Under the pieces are notes generated by a model, which was not told the DNA's origin, did not search any database, and was given only the letters and a program-made list of their open reading frames with translations. Made by a program: the position numbers and the translations under genes. From the IMG/VR virus record IMGVR_UViG_3300027843_000001: a DNA stretch of 64,000 bases; one strand, 5' to 3'. This DNA is from a virus. Below, in pieces: positions 1 through 9,108 of this stretch. The number at the start of each line of letters is the position of its first letter. Position 1 is the first letter of the stretch.

Positions 1-833
1 GTATCATCGTACACGATTAGGCCGGCGGAGGTTGTCCCTTTGGAGTAAGAGTACCGGTCGCCAAAGGTAGTCGGCGTATATTCATCAGAAAGGAAGGTTT
101 CTATCGCTTCTGATATAGAATAGCTCCTACAAAAAGCACCTATTATACCTTTTTTCGTTCTGGGGTCTTCTTGCTTCCTTACAGCGGTTTTTACGTCTTG
201 GAAGTTCTTATCGGCGGTAGGCCACAGGCTAGTGTCTGTCCAGTCTATGTAATAGCCAAGAACCTCATCCACATCTATCCAAGCGCCATCTTGGAATTCG
301 AAGGAGTAAGTAGAATCTTTAGGTGTAGAAGGCCAAAACATTAACCGGTTAACCTCAAAAGTAGTATTGTCGAAGAGGTCTATGCCTAATAGTCCTGCCA
401 CTTGTCGGGCAGTGGCCTCATATTCGTCTGGCGAACATTCGCGTGACAGGGGCATGACTAGCCGGTATCTGGGGTTGGCGTCGCAGTGCTTATGCGTAGA
501 GTGAAGGACTGCTGCGTTATCGAACTGCAACGTGAAATCATCCCAGAAGTCCTTAGTTGCAAAGTCTATGTCTAAGGTAAGGAGCTGTCGGTTGACAACA
601 TTTTCAGGCTTTCTACGGCCATTTCTCAGGTAGCCACCAACGTAGCCCCCAATGTCCTTAACACGAGATTGGTCTTCCTTTGAGGCATTGATAAATTCTT
701 TGTAGGTCTCGTTTGTCTTGAGTCCTTTTTCAAGCTTATCTACAAGTTCAGACCAAGAGAATACCTTATTTTTCCATAACTTTGATTTGGCACTCATTCC
801 GAGTGCAAGTGTAAAGGAACCGTCGTATATCAT
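1..833 (-). CDS. VirE-type (virulence-associated E) primase/helicase, 5' part; runs off the window
   Basis: Manual translation from ATG at 833: MIYDGSFTLALGMSAKSKLWKNKVFSWSELVDKL...KDIGGYVGGYLRNGRRKPENVVNRQLLTLDIDF, the typical N-terminus of phage VirE primase-helicases. Lies directly after the polymerase stop. Absent from the ORF track because it is incomplete. Confidence 0.8.
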   Translation of the reverse strand, partial: MIYDGSFTLALGMSAKSKLWKNKVFSWSELVDKLEKGLKTNETYKEFINASKEDQSRVKDIGGYVGGYLRNGRRKPENVVNRQLLTLDIDFATKDFWDDFTLQFDNAAVLHSTHKHCDANPRYRLVMPLSRECSPDEYEATARQVAGLLGIDLFDNTTFEVNRLMFWPSTPKDSTYSFEFQDGAWIDVDEVLGYYIDWTDTSLWPTADKNFQDVKTAVRKQEDPRTKKGIIGAFCRSYSISEAIETFLSDEYTPTTFGDRYSYSKGTTSAGLIVYDD

Positions 834-835
834 TG

Positions 836-2791
836 TTAGTCTTTTTTGTAAAATGGAGTAATATAACCGGCGGCGTTTAGTGGGAGTCCGGCAGCCCAAT
901 CAGGTACTATGCACATAGTTTTGCACATATCATCTAATTTAGCACTGGCCATATCGGACTCGACCTCACAAGCTACTTCATCGTGGACATGTAGAACCAT
1001 CTTGTAGTTCTTCCTATATAATCCTGCCATTGCTAAGGCCAGAAGGTCTCTTGAGATGCCTTGGATTATATTTTCGGTGAGTTTACCACCATAAGTTTCA
1101 AGGTCTTCCCATTTTTTAGTTTCTTGGTTCATGCCCTTGTAGATTACGCTGGCGTTACCAAAGCGGTTAGAACCCATTTTAGCATCTTGGTAAAACAACT
1201 TTCTTCCCGATGGCAGTTGAATTGTCATAGCCATATCGTCGCATTCAAAAAGAAGTGACCTTAATCTATAAGGCTTTTTAGATTCTACAGCCCTCTTAGC
1301 GGCTTTGTCAATGTCTGCCCACAGCTTAACTATTTTTGGATTAGCTTTTCTCCACCTGTCAACGATTATTTTCATTTCTGGTACGGACAACCCCATACGT
1401 TCACCGCCCATAGTCTTTAAGGCACCAACGGAACCTTCATATCCTAAGGCTAATTCTGCTACCTTGCCTTTTTGACGAAGTGGCGATCCTTTACCAATAG
1501 ACTCGATAGGTACCCCAAACATCATAGACGCAGAAGCCTCATATATCTTGCCATGAGTTCTAAATACGTCCAGTCTCCATTCTTCCCCCGCTAGCCAAGA
1601 CAAGACCCTTGCTTCGATAGCACTAAAATCTGCTACCGCAAAAACGTGTCCTTCCGGGGCAATAAGCGCAGTCCTTATTAGTTCAGAGAGTACGGTTGGA
1701 ATATTTCCGTACAGCATTTCTGCTAAGTCATAATCATTGTCGGATATAACGCTCCTCGCTAAATCCAAGTCCGGCATGTGGTTCTGTGGTAAATTCTGTA
1801 ACTGTATCAATCTGCCTGCCCATCGGCCAGTTCTCATTGCACCGTAGAACTGAAACAAGCCGTGCGCCCTGCTGTCTTTGCAAGCGCAAGACAGCATAGC
1901 ATTATATTTCTTCGTAGAGGATTTGGCCATAAGTGCCCGGCCTTTAAGAACATCCGAAGCAGCCCCAGCATCAATTTCTTTTAAAAGGTCTTGAACTGAA
2001 TCTTTTGCCAGTGATTGTATACTTTTTCCCGTGGCATTATTCAACCAAGCTTTTAATTGTGCGGGACTGTTCGGATTTTCTAGTCCAGTTAATTCCTTAA
2101 CTTTGCTGGAAATTTCTTCTTTAAAAATGGCATCAATGCGTACCGCGTTATTGGCCATATTAATATCAACCAATACGCCGGTATCGTTTATATGCTGATC
2201 TATTAGGTACGTTAATCTGTCAAACTCCGGTATATTATATCCTTCTAGTCTACGGCAAATCTCTCTTTCCGCTTCAACGTCATTTATGCAGTACCTTTTA
2301 AAGTCTGACCACTTTTCGAGATCGTGTTTGGGCAAATTTCTTTCCCTCATGTTGTTGGCCTTTGATGGCTTACAGGGAATGCTGAAATACCGGATAAGTG
2401 CTTTTCCTGTTGATAATTTCCCTTTCTCCTCTAATTGCATAGCTTTAGATACGCCATCCAAACTCAATGGCAGCCCACAATAAGCTGCTTTAACAGCAGA
2501 GCAGTACCACTGTTCTACAGGTACATTGAAACCATACTTTGCAAAAGACAAACGCTCAAATACGGCATTGTGCGCCCATTTTTCTATTTCGGGATCGTTC
2601 ATAGCCTCCACAAACTCTTCCGGAATAAGTTCTCCTTGCGCTAAATCTATAATCTTTATAGGCTCGTCATCCAAGGCGTAGGCTATAAGGAGTATCTCGA
2701 AATCGTCGGATTCTATATATTTATAGGCACCGCAGGATGCTATATCAGCAGAACTGAAAGTCTCTATATCAACGTGTAATTTTTTTGGCAT
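836..2791 (-). CDS. Phage DNA polymerase, family A
   Basis: Exonuclease motif LHVDIETFS, motif A ADFSAIEAR, motif B RQKGKVAELALGY, motif C LHVHDE. Probable start is MPKKL at 2791. The track's extension to 2941 runs through the tRNA-like element. Confidence 0.95.
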   Translation of the reverse strand: MPKKLHVDIETFSSADIASCGAYKYIESDDFEILLIAYALDDEPIKIIDLAQGELIPEEFVEAMNDPEIEKWAHNAVFERLSFAKYGFNVPVEQWYCSAVKAAYCGLPLSLDGVSKAMQLEEKGKLSTGKALIRYFSIPCKPSKANNMRERNLPKHDLEKWSDFKRYCINDVEAEREICRRLEGYNIPEFDRLTYLIDQHINDTGVLVDINMANNAVRIDAIFKEEISSKVKELTGLENPNSPAQLKAWLNNATGKSIQSLAKDSVQDLLKEIDAGAASDVLKGRALMAKSSTKKYNAMLSCACKDSRAHGLFQFYGAMRTGRWAGRLIQLQNLPQNHMPDLDLARSVISDNDYDLAEMLYGNIPTVLSELIRTALIAPEGHVFAVADFSAIEARVLSWLAGEEWRLDVFRTHGKIYEASASMMFGVPIESIGKGSPLRQKGKVAELALGYEGSVGALKTMGGERMGLSVPEMKIIVDRWRKANPKIVKLWADIDKAAKRAVESKKPYRLRSLLFECDDMAMTIQLPSGRKLFYQDAKMGSNRFGNASVIYKGMNQETKKWEDLETYGGKLTENIIQGISRDLLALAMAGLYRKNYKMVLHVHDEVACEVESDMASAKLDDMCKTMCIVPDWAAGLPLNAAGYITPFYKKD

Positions 2792-2810
2792 GTTTCGTGT
2801 GTATAAGTAG

Positions 2811-2903
2811 TAAGGGCGACCGGAGTCGAACCGGCACTTCCTCATTTGTCTTTTTGCATGAGTGTTAGCTGTTACAGCGTCTAACCAATTGCGCCACGCC
2901 CCT
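2811..2903 (-). ncRNA. tRNA-like RNA with non-canonical anticodon arm
   Basis: Acceptor stem AGGGGCG/CGCCCTT plus discriminator A, D arm GCG-CAATTGGTTAGA-CGC, T arm GCCGG-TTCGACT-CCGGT. The centre is CTCAT-12 nt-ATGAG preceded by 14 extra nt. No encoded CCA. Confidence 0.6.
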
Positions 2904-2946
2904 ATTTTTGAAAAGTTAAGCGGGTTTTGCCCGCTTAACAAATTGT

Positions 2947-3474
2947 TTAATCCAAGTCGTCTCCGAAATCTTCTTCGGCAGAAGAAGAACCTCCCCCGAG
3001 GCGTTCTCCATCTTCTAATTTTTGGAGGTTCTGTAAACCGGCAGCGACGCCTTTATTTCCACTCGTGTTGAAGGCAAAGAAATTTATTGACGCGCGCCCA
3101 TAGCAGCCCGAATAAAATTCGTCTTTGTCAAGTATGGCATTTAGGTTTTCATCGACCAAGCCGGGTTTGCGGGTAGAACTGGCATTGATGAAGTACGAAT
3201 TCGCGTATGTTTCATCATCCTCGCGTTCTACGTCACCATCGCGCAAAGGATTTTTATACTGCTTAGGGATTTTACCGCCAAACTTTTTGGCTTCTCCTTC
3301 TTGCAGGGCAGCTTGGATTGCCTTCTCAATTTTTGAGATTGTAACTTTATCCTTCTTGGGGATGATGATAGACACGCCATACTTTGCTTGCGAGTTGTCG
3401 TCCATTGCATGTGGTTCAAACACGTGTGCGTAGCTGAATCTTACTTTTCCTGTGATAACTTTTGTTTCTGACAT
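2947..3474 (-). CDS. Single-stranded DNA-binding protein (DUF2815 / gp2.5-like)
   Basis: VRFSYAHVFEP, NPLRDGD, FYSGCYGRASINF and DGERLGG motifs; acidic C-terminal tail. Confidence 0.9.
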   Translation of the reverse strand: MSETKVITGKVRFSYAHVFEPHAMDDNSQAKYGVSIIIPKKDKVTISKIEKAIQAALQEGEAKKFGGKIPKQYKNPLRDGDVEREDDETYANSYFINASSTRKPGLVDENLNAILDKDEFYSGCYGRASINFFAFNTSGNKGVAAGLQNLQKLEDGERLGGGSSSAEEDFGDDLD

Positions 3475-3496
3475 AATTTTTAAATTTAAAAGTGAA

Positions 3497-4681
3497 TTAT
3501 TTTGAAAAATCTATTTTTGCTTGTTCTACGCCCATAGCGGGTCTTTTATCGGATTCCAAAGCGAGTGTAGGTTTACCGGAAGGTATTACGATGAAGTCTC
3601 CTAATAGCGGATTGAAATTGTTTTTACCTACTAATTTTTCGATTGATGTTATACCCACCAGTTCGGTAGTCGTGAAATCTTTTTTAGCAAAGCCCTCCTT
3701 CTCCAATACGGTGGATACGTCTTCTAAGAGGGATTCGTCGTCAGACCATTTTCTCCGGCTTTTTCCTTCTACGAGTTTATATCCAGACCACTTTTTGCCT
3801 TTGAGTGCTTCTGCTAAAATGTATTCTCCTACTGAGTTAGCCCAATCGGTGAGCATTGGTATTTGTTTAAACACGCCTAGTAATTGCTCGTCACTTAAGA
3901 GGTATGGGTCTTTGAATTCGTGCTTTGCTAATTTGATATTTTCCTCGGCTAGAGAAGCGCACATAGCTTTAACTTTACACCACCGGCACCAACTACCCGC
4001 TTTCTGTTCACCCTCTCCACTATATGCCATTTCCGCTTTTGGCTTTACAACTTCTTCGCCCCATCTTATAAGGTCTTCGGTCGAAATTTCCCACGAAGAT
4101 ATGTGATCCAAACGGGGCTGGACTATTGTCAGCTTTACAGTCTGTATGTCGTACATGAGTTCGAATGCCCGTAACGCTCCTGAGCCGTACAATTTTAACT
4201 GTGAGTTTTCTTCGGCATCTACTGAAACGCCTTTCCCATATTTAAGGTCGATTATTTCAAGAGTCCCATCAGCAACAATGCAAGAGTCCCCGGTACCGAA
4301 TCCCTGCTCTACGAGATGGGAGAAATCTAATCTTTCTTCGATGAGAAGAACAGCATCAGGAGTTTTAACTTTGGCTGCAGCGTAGGTTTCCATAACGTAG
4401 GAAACGTATTTTTCGACCTCAGATTCCATTTCATCGCCGTATAACTTTGACTTTCTTAGCGTTTTAATTTCGGAGTTGAAAGTCTTTTTTTCTATTGAAC
4501 CAGATTTCAGTCGCAGGTTTAATTCCCCAAATTCGTGAGCCAGTGTGCCTTCTTCTGCGTAAGAGGAAGTGGATCCATCGAATTTCTCTTCCAGTCTTGC
4601 ACTGGGCGTACAATTAAGCCACCTCGAAGCTCCGGAAGCAGATAGAAGAGCGTGTTTTCTTTGCGAGTGTTCTACGGCCAT
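3497..4681 (-). CDS. DUF2800 Cas4-like PD-(D/E)xK nuclease
   Basis: HALLSASGASRWLNC, EEGTLAHE, FGTGD, IIDLKYGKG, QLKLYG and CRWCKVKAMC motifs; usual neighbour of DUF2815 and PolA. Confidence 0.9.
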   Translation of the reverse strand: MAVEHSQRKHALLSASGASRWLNCTPSARLEEKFDGSTSSYAEEGTLAHEFGELNLRLKSGSIEKKTFNSEIKTLRKSKLYGDEMESEVEKYVSYVMETYAAAKVKTPDAVLLIEERLDFSHLVEQGFGTGDSCIVADGTLEIIDLKYGKGVSVDAEENSQLKLYGSGALRAFELMYDIQTVKLTIVQPRLDHISSWEISTEDLIRWGEEVVKPKAEMAYSGEGEQKAGSWCRWCKVKAMCASLAEENIKLAKHEFKDPYLLSDEQLLGVFKQIPMLTDWANSVGEYILAEALKGKKWSGYKLVEGKSRRKWSDDESLLEDVSTVLEKEGFAKKDFTTTELVGITSIEKLVGKNNFNPLLGDFIVIPSGKPTLALESDKRPAMGVEQAKIDFSK

Positions 4682-5100
4682 TACTTCAAGGCATTAAGAT
4701 AATCGTAAAATTCCTGGTACTTATCAGTTGGTACAGAAGAAACATTCTTTGCGCCAAGGCCCTTTAGTTTGGCCTTAATTTCATCCCGGTGGGTATCCTT
4801 ATGCTTTGCCACCAAAATTCTGATGCCTTCGATCTTAATTTCTGATTCAGATTCTTTTGCTTCATCCGTAGAGGTTTCCGGTGTTGCTTCTTCTGGCACT
4901 TCTGGCTTTAATTCTTTCGGGGCATCCGGTTTTGATTCCTTTGACGGTTCGGGTTTCACTTCTTTTTCCGCGGTTGCTGGAGTGGGTTTTTTAATTGGTG
5001 CTTTCCGATCCGAACCTAAAGCCCCTAAGAAGGTTGTTAACGCTACAACTTGAGCGTAGTCGTCCACATCAATTGATACATTGATTTCTACTTTGTTCAT
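4681..5100 (-). CDS. Hypothetical protein of the replication module
   Basis: 139 aa, acidic/proline linker, C-terminal KLKGLGAKNVSSV motif typical of genes preceding DUF2800. Confidence 0.7.
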   Translation of the reverse strand: MNKVEINVSIDVDDYAQVVALTTFLGALGSDRKAPIKKPTPATAEKEVKPEPSKESKPDAPKELKPEVPEEATPETSTDEAKESESEIKIEGIRILVAKHKDTHRDEIKAKLKGLGAKNVSSVPTDKYQEFYDYLNALK

Positions 5101-5104
5101 GAGA

Positions 5105-5506
5105 CTATCTATTTTTAATGATGGTTTCTATTTCTTTTACATATTCACTTACCGGGATTGTTCCTTTGCAGATAACCGATTCGTGGAATAATGATTTATT
5201 GTGGAATATTTTTGTTATACCGGTATTGGTATCAAGTTCTGCGGTGAAATCTTCTTTAGTTATGGACACAACCCCTTTTTTATTTGAAGGCATCGCTGAC
5301 CAGCGATTAGTATACAGGTCTGTTATTTCTTTTCCGAGAAGCAATGCTAACTTGCTTATCTGCATAGAGCCTAAATCGCCTTCACCTTTTATCACACGAA
5401 GTAAAGCCTTAATAGGAAATTTATGGTCGGGAAATAGGGTTTTAGCTATCGTTTGATAATCGGCACCTGATTCTTTGAGTATTTTTTTTAAGTCTAGTGT
5501 TTGCAT
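5105..5506 (-). CDS. Hypothetical protein, possible HTH-like regulator
   Basis: 133 aa, first gene after a TATGTTTG promoter box; N-terminal helical pattern only. Confidence 0.55.
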   Translation of the reverse strand: MQTLDLKKILKESGADYQTIAKTLFPDHKFPIKALLRVIKGEGDLGSMQISKLALLLGKEITDLYTNRWSAMPSNKKGVVSITKEDFTAELDTNTGITKIFHNKSLFHESVICKGTIPVSEYVKEIETIIKNR

Positions 5507-5530
5507 TTTTGCTGTGTTGTTTTAACGGTA

Positions 5531-5538
5531 CAAACATA
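5531..5538 (-). promoter_or_regulatory. Bacteroidota -7 promoter box (TATGTTTG) of the replication operon
   Basis: Matches TAnnTTTG about 25 nt upstream of the ATG at 5506. Confidence 0.6.
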
Positions 5539-5587
5539 CAAAATAAAAATCATTTTCCTATAAAAAGTAAAATTATTTTCAATAAAA

Positions 5588-5613
5588 AAGCCTATCAAAT
5601 TAATGATAGGCTT
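5588..5613. terminator. Intrinsic terminator hairpin
   Basis: aagcctatca-aattaa-tgataggctt with an adjacent A run. Confidence 0.75.
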
Positions 5614-5647
5614 ATAACGAACCCGACTAAAGGACGTTATTTCGGCA

Positions 5648-5944
5648 CTATGCCGGTTTTTTCGTTGATAAGAATTTAATAATATTTTTCAGCCAGTTCC
5701 ATAAAGCGGCGAGCATAGAATTGCCCGGTACCCATTTTATAAGGGGTATAACTTGCTCCAAAATCCAAGCGATAAAAGTGATAATGCCAAACAGTTTCGC
5801 GTGGGTGGTGATGAAAGCTGGGAATAGATTCCAGATAGTGTCCAGAACACTTGTGTCGGCGACGATAGCCGTCGAATCGGTTTGCGCCATTGCGCAGACG
5901 AATGTGCATAAAATAAGCACAAAAAGGGCGATAAATTTTTTCAT
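5648..5944 (-). CDS. Small membrane protein, holin-like
   Basis: Signal-peptide-like N-terminus, a hydrophobic segment and a basic C-terminus. Confidence 0.55.
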   Translation of the reverse strand: MKKFIALFVLILCTFVCAMAQTDSTAIVADTSVLDTIWNLFPAFITTHAKLFGIITFIAWILEQVIPLIKWVPGNSMLAALWNWLKNIIKFLSTKKPA

Positions 5945-6231
5945 TTTTTGTTCAGTTTAATTATTAAATCGAGCTTCGTGTTTGTTTCTTCCCTCATATC
6001 ATCTACGGCCTTGACCATGCGGCTTTCGGTCATGTTTATTTCTTTTTTAACATCGGCTATTTGCTTATCAACATACGGGTATGGCGCCAACGTCTTTATT
6101 GTTTCATCGTTTCTATCGACCTTATTACCCGCCCTTGTGAATCCAAGTATCACTATCCCTACGAGTATCGGGCAAATTACCATTGCCAAAAGACCTTGCC
6201 AAACCTTCATCGTTCCATTCATTTGCGGCAT
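5941..6231 (-). CDS. Single-TM coiled-coil membrane protein
   Basis: N-terminal hydrophobic helix; ATGA overlap with its neighbour. Confidence 0.6.
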   Translation of the reverse strand: MPQMNGTMKVWQGLLAMVICPILVGIVILGFTRAGNKVDRNDETIKTLAPYPYVDKQIADVKKEINMTESRMVKAVDDMREETNTKLDLIIKLNKK

Positions 6232-6563
6232 TTATAGGTTAAAGAAATGAAAAATATGGTCATACAAATTGTTGTCGTAAAAATAGCAATTGTATCGTAG
6301 TTTTCAAACGATTTACCAAAAAATAGCAGGCCGTTATAGATTATTGATTCCACTTTAAATAGCAGAAGTCCGATAATGATTGAATATTCGGCCAAGGACT
6401 TGCATTTAGGGATTAGAATTAGCAATATAGCTGCTACGAGTAGGTGCTCTTTTAAATGAAACAAGCAGGCAAAATTGATAGACTTCGAGTTGAATAAAAG
6501 GTATGCGACGCTCAGGATTAAATAAATAACCCCAACGTCGCATATTTGCCTTAAAAATTTCAT
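6219..6563 (-). CDS. Multi-pass membrane protein
   Basis: 114 aa with about four hydrophobic segments. Confidence 0.6.
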   Translation of the reverse strand: MKFLRQICDVGVIYLILSVAYLLFNSKSINFACLFHLKEHLLVAAILLILIPKCKSLAEYSIIIGLLLFKVESIIYNGLLFFGKSFENYDTIAIFTTTICMTIFFISLTYKCRK

Positions 6564-6664
6564 TTGCGTTTAGGCTTTGGATCGGCCGTTGGCTCTGGTT
6601 CTGGATCAGTATCTGGACGACGAGCTTTAGAGCCTTTTTTTAACTGCATTTTTGTCTTCTTCAT
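6560..6664 (-). CDS. 34-aa basic/proline-rich peptide
   Basis: Manual translation MKKTKMQLKKGSKARRPDTDPEPEPTADPKPKRK; TGA overlaps the next ATG (ATGA); TATCTTTG box at 6687-6694 upstream. Confidence 0.5.
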   Translation of the reverse strand: MKKTKMQLKKGSKARRPDTDPEPEPTADPKPKRK

Positions 6665-6720
6665 AATAGTACGTTTAAGTGAGAAACAAAGATATATTCT
6701 ATTTTGGATTTCCCAAAGCG

Positions 6721-9108
6721 TTAATTTTCTCCGATATATTCTGCATTAAGATTTGCAAAAAAGGGTGTAAGATTTACAGAGGATGCGTTATCGTGGTGCG
6801 ATCTTAAATCTAAATCTACCGGGACACTCGTTACAGATATAAACCCAGACATTGATCCTGATGAGGTCTCATTCGGGTTTACTATTCGTCTGGATAGATG
6901 TATGCTCGGTACTTCTATGCCTCCTAAAAATACGGTTGTAAACCATGTTACAGAATTAGTATTTATTGAGCTGCTAAAATTAGCAGAAACTCTATATCTA
7001 CCTTTTTTTGTTATGGTTATCTTGTTATTAGCATAATCCGGAGTACAATTTGAGGATAAGCCATTTGTTAAAAATCCGGTTAACTTAGTGTATGTTGTGC
7101 CAGTTGGTATTGATTGCGCGGTTGTCCCATCGGCTATGTATATTTCAGCGTAAGCATTACGCTGTTGCACAATGCCATTACCCGTTATTTCAACTTTGGT
7201 AGCTAAATTATTACCGATTTGCACGATTGCAGCGGTATCATTTATTGTTGAATTAGTTGTATAGTAATAATTCCCACGGGTTAGGTTTGGGTTTGTCGAA
7301 GCATTTAATTTAGAATTGCTATAAAATCTTTGTGTGCCAAAGGCATCGAAATCTGTATAATACCCAGCTTTCCCAAAAATAGCTGAACGAGCTGTCGACC
7401 CGGTTGATACAGAATCAGCGCAAAATGATTTAATGCCATAATGGCTATTGCCATTGGTATTTAGAATAGTTATTCCATATAAATTATTAATATTTATTTT
7501 AAATCCTGTTCCATTGTTTAAATCTAAAGCATACCCTATTCCGGATGCCTTATTCTCATCTATAAGAGTTTGGGATGACGCATTAGAATTAATGTGAATT
7601 TGGGGTTGGTTATTATCGCCAACATATACCTGATTCCCAGAATTTGTAGGACAATAAAGCTGAGTGCCATAATTATTATCGCATGCTATTTGCCTTAAAT
7701 AGTTTTTTGATGCAAATATTTGATTGCCATTATTTATTTTAGTTTTAAATCCATAACTATCCTCAGAAATATTTGGCACACTAATACTCGTATCACTTCC
7801 CAGCCAGTTTTTAAAGCTATTAGCATATAAAGCACCATTCGTCGGATCGAATTCTATTTTTTTAACACCGGATTTATAAAAACGTTGCTGACCAGTTCGG
7901 AGGAAAATAGTAGAATCACCTGTACCGGTATTGCTACGCAATGTTAAAATGTTAGTACCTGATACGGCAAAAGCTTCTAAAGCTGTACCTGTCGAGGACT
8001 TAAAATAGCCCCCGTGGCCGCTTCCTGAAAATCCTTCTACCCCAATACCGGATGAAGATCGACCGTACAGGCCACTTTTAGTCAGGGAATAGGCCTTAAG
8101 GGAGCCTCCAAAGGCTACGGTAGAGTCGTTGCCGATTAATCCGTTATTGTTATTATCCCAATAGAATTTAGCTAAGGAACTAGATACATAAGGGTAAGGC
8201 GCTAATGTCCCGTTTACCGATTTAAAAATTCCTGAATTTAATGAAAAATTGTTATTTGATGACAAAACACCACTACCATCAATTGATAAACCAGTACCAA
8301 CTTTCACACCACCTAAAATTGTTGAACTTGCTGTTGGAAGTGAATAACCTGTTGTGTTAATTGGGACACCATTGATTTTATATCCACCTGTTACGTCAAC
8401 ATATCCTGTTGTTGGGTCTAATTCTATTTTTTTAACACCGGATTTGTAAAAACGCTGTTGACCAGTTCGGAGAAAGACAGTTGTATCACCGTTCAGATGC
8501 CCTAGTAATAAATTATTAGTACCATATTCGCTAAAAATAAAAGCACCTAATCCATAATAGCTTTCTATTATTGCGCCGTTAAAATTAGTACTCGCAAGCC
8601 AAGCTCCACTTTCATTTTCGCTCCATATATCCGCGCCTAATCCATTTCGACTGCCTGCGGTTAAGCCACTTTTATTTTTTGTATAAGCCCCAATTCCGCC
8701 ACTCCATTTTACAATGGTATCAGATGAGTAATTGCTGCTAAATTTATTGCCAAAGTCGTAGAACCATTTGGCCTTATTATTGACTCCTACCGTGTCAGGA
8801 TAGGGCTTAAAAGTTGACCCGTAAGCCTTGAATACCCCATCGGCTAATTGGGTACCAAATTGGGTTTTACTACTCAGCCATTTACTACCGACCTTAACTG
8901 AATCGGCCATTATGGCCTTGTTGAACCGAGAGAATTTCTTATTGGTGTAGTACCTTACGGAGTCCCCGGTAAGTATGGTATTTACGGTATCGCCTTTGTA
9001 CGTTTGACGTATTTCTTTATATGGCAATCTGCCTACATCTTGCCCTTTGGCTACAAAGGTTACAAACAATAGGGCTATTAAGCCCAGTATTCTAATATTC
9101 CTGTCCAT
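6721..9108 (-). CDS. Tail fibre / receptor-binding-like protein
   Basis: G/S/T/N-rich 795 aa; LPTASSTILGGVKVGTGLSID fibre motif; internal duplication FLRTGQQRFYKSGVKKIE; beta-rich C-terminal domain. Confidence 0.6.
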   Translation of the reverse strand: MDRNIRILGLIALLFVTFVAKGQDVGRLPYKEIRQTYKGDTVNTILTGDSVRYYTNKKFSRFNKAIMADSVKVGSKWLSSKTQFGTQLADGVFKAYGSTFKPYPDTVGVNNKAKWFYDFGNKFSSNYSSDTIVKWSGGIGAYTKNKSGLTAGSRNGLGADIWSENESGAWLASTNFNGAIIESYYGLGAFIFSEYGTNNLLLGHLNGDTTVFLRTGQQRFYKSGVKKIELDPTTGYVDVTGGYKINGVPINTTGYSLPTASSTILGGVKVGTGLSIDGSGVLSSNNNFSLNSGIFKSVNGTLAPYPYVSSSLAKFYWDNNNNGLIGNDSTVAFGGSLKAYSLTKSGLYGRSSSGIGVEGFSGSGHGGYFKSSTGTALEAFAVSGTNILTLRSNTGTGDSTIFLRTGQQRFYKSGVKKIEFDPTNGALYANSFKNWLGSDTSISVPNISEDSYGFKTKINNGNQIFASKNYLRQIACDNNYGTQLYCPTNSGNQVYVGDNNQPQIHINSNASSQTLIDENKASGIGYALDLNNGTGFKININNLYGITILNTNGNSHYGIKSFCADSVSTGSTARSAIFGKAGYYTDFDAFGTQRFYSNSKLNASTNPNLTRGNYYYTTNSTINDTAAIVQIGNNLATKVEITGNGIVQQRNAYAEIYIADGTTAQSIPTGTTYTKLTGFLTNGLSSNCTPDYANNKITITKKGRYRVSANFSSSINTNSVTWFTTVFLGGIEVPSIHLSRRIVNPNETSSGSMSGFISVTSVPVDLDLRSHHDNASSVNLTPFFANLNAEYIGEN

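Noticed and set aside
2792-2941. N-terminal extension of the polymerase given in the ORF track
   Set aside because: It overlaps the tRNA-like element, and the exonuclease motif begins right after the ATG at 2791.
3497-4681. Cas4-like nuclease as evidence of a CRISPR-Cas system
   Set aside because: It sits in the standard DUF2800-DUF2815-PolA replication context; no cas1, cas2 or array is present.
7841-8490. Repeat pair in the fibre gene as DGR template and variable regions
   Set aside because: Both copies are coding, differences are mostly synonymous and not adenine-specific, and no reverse transcriptase is present in the window.
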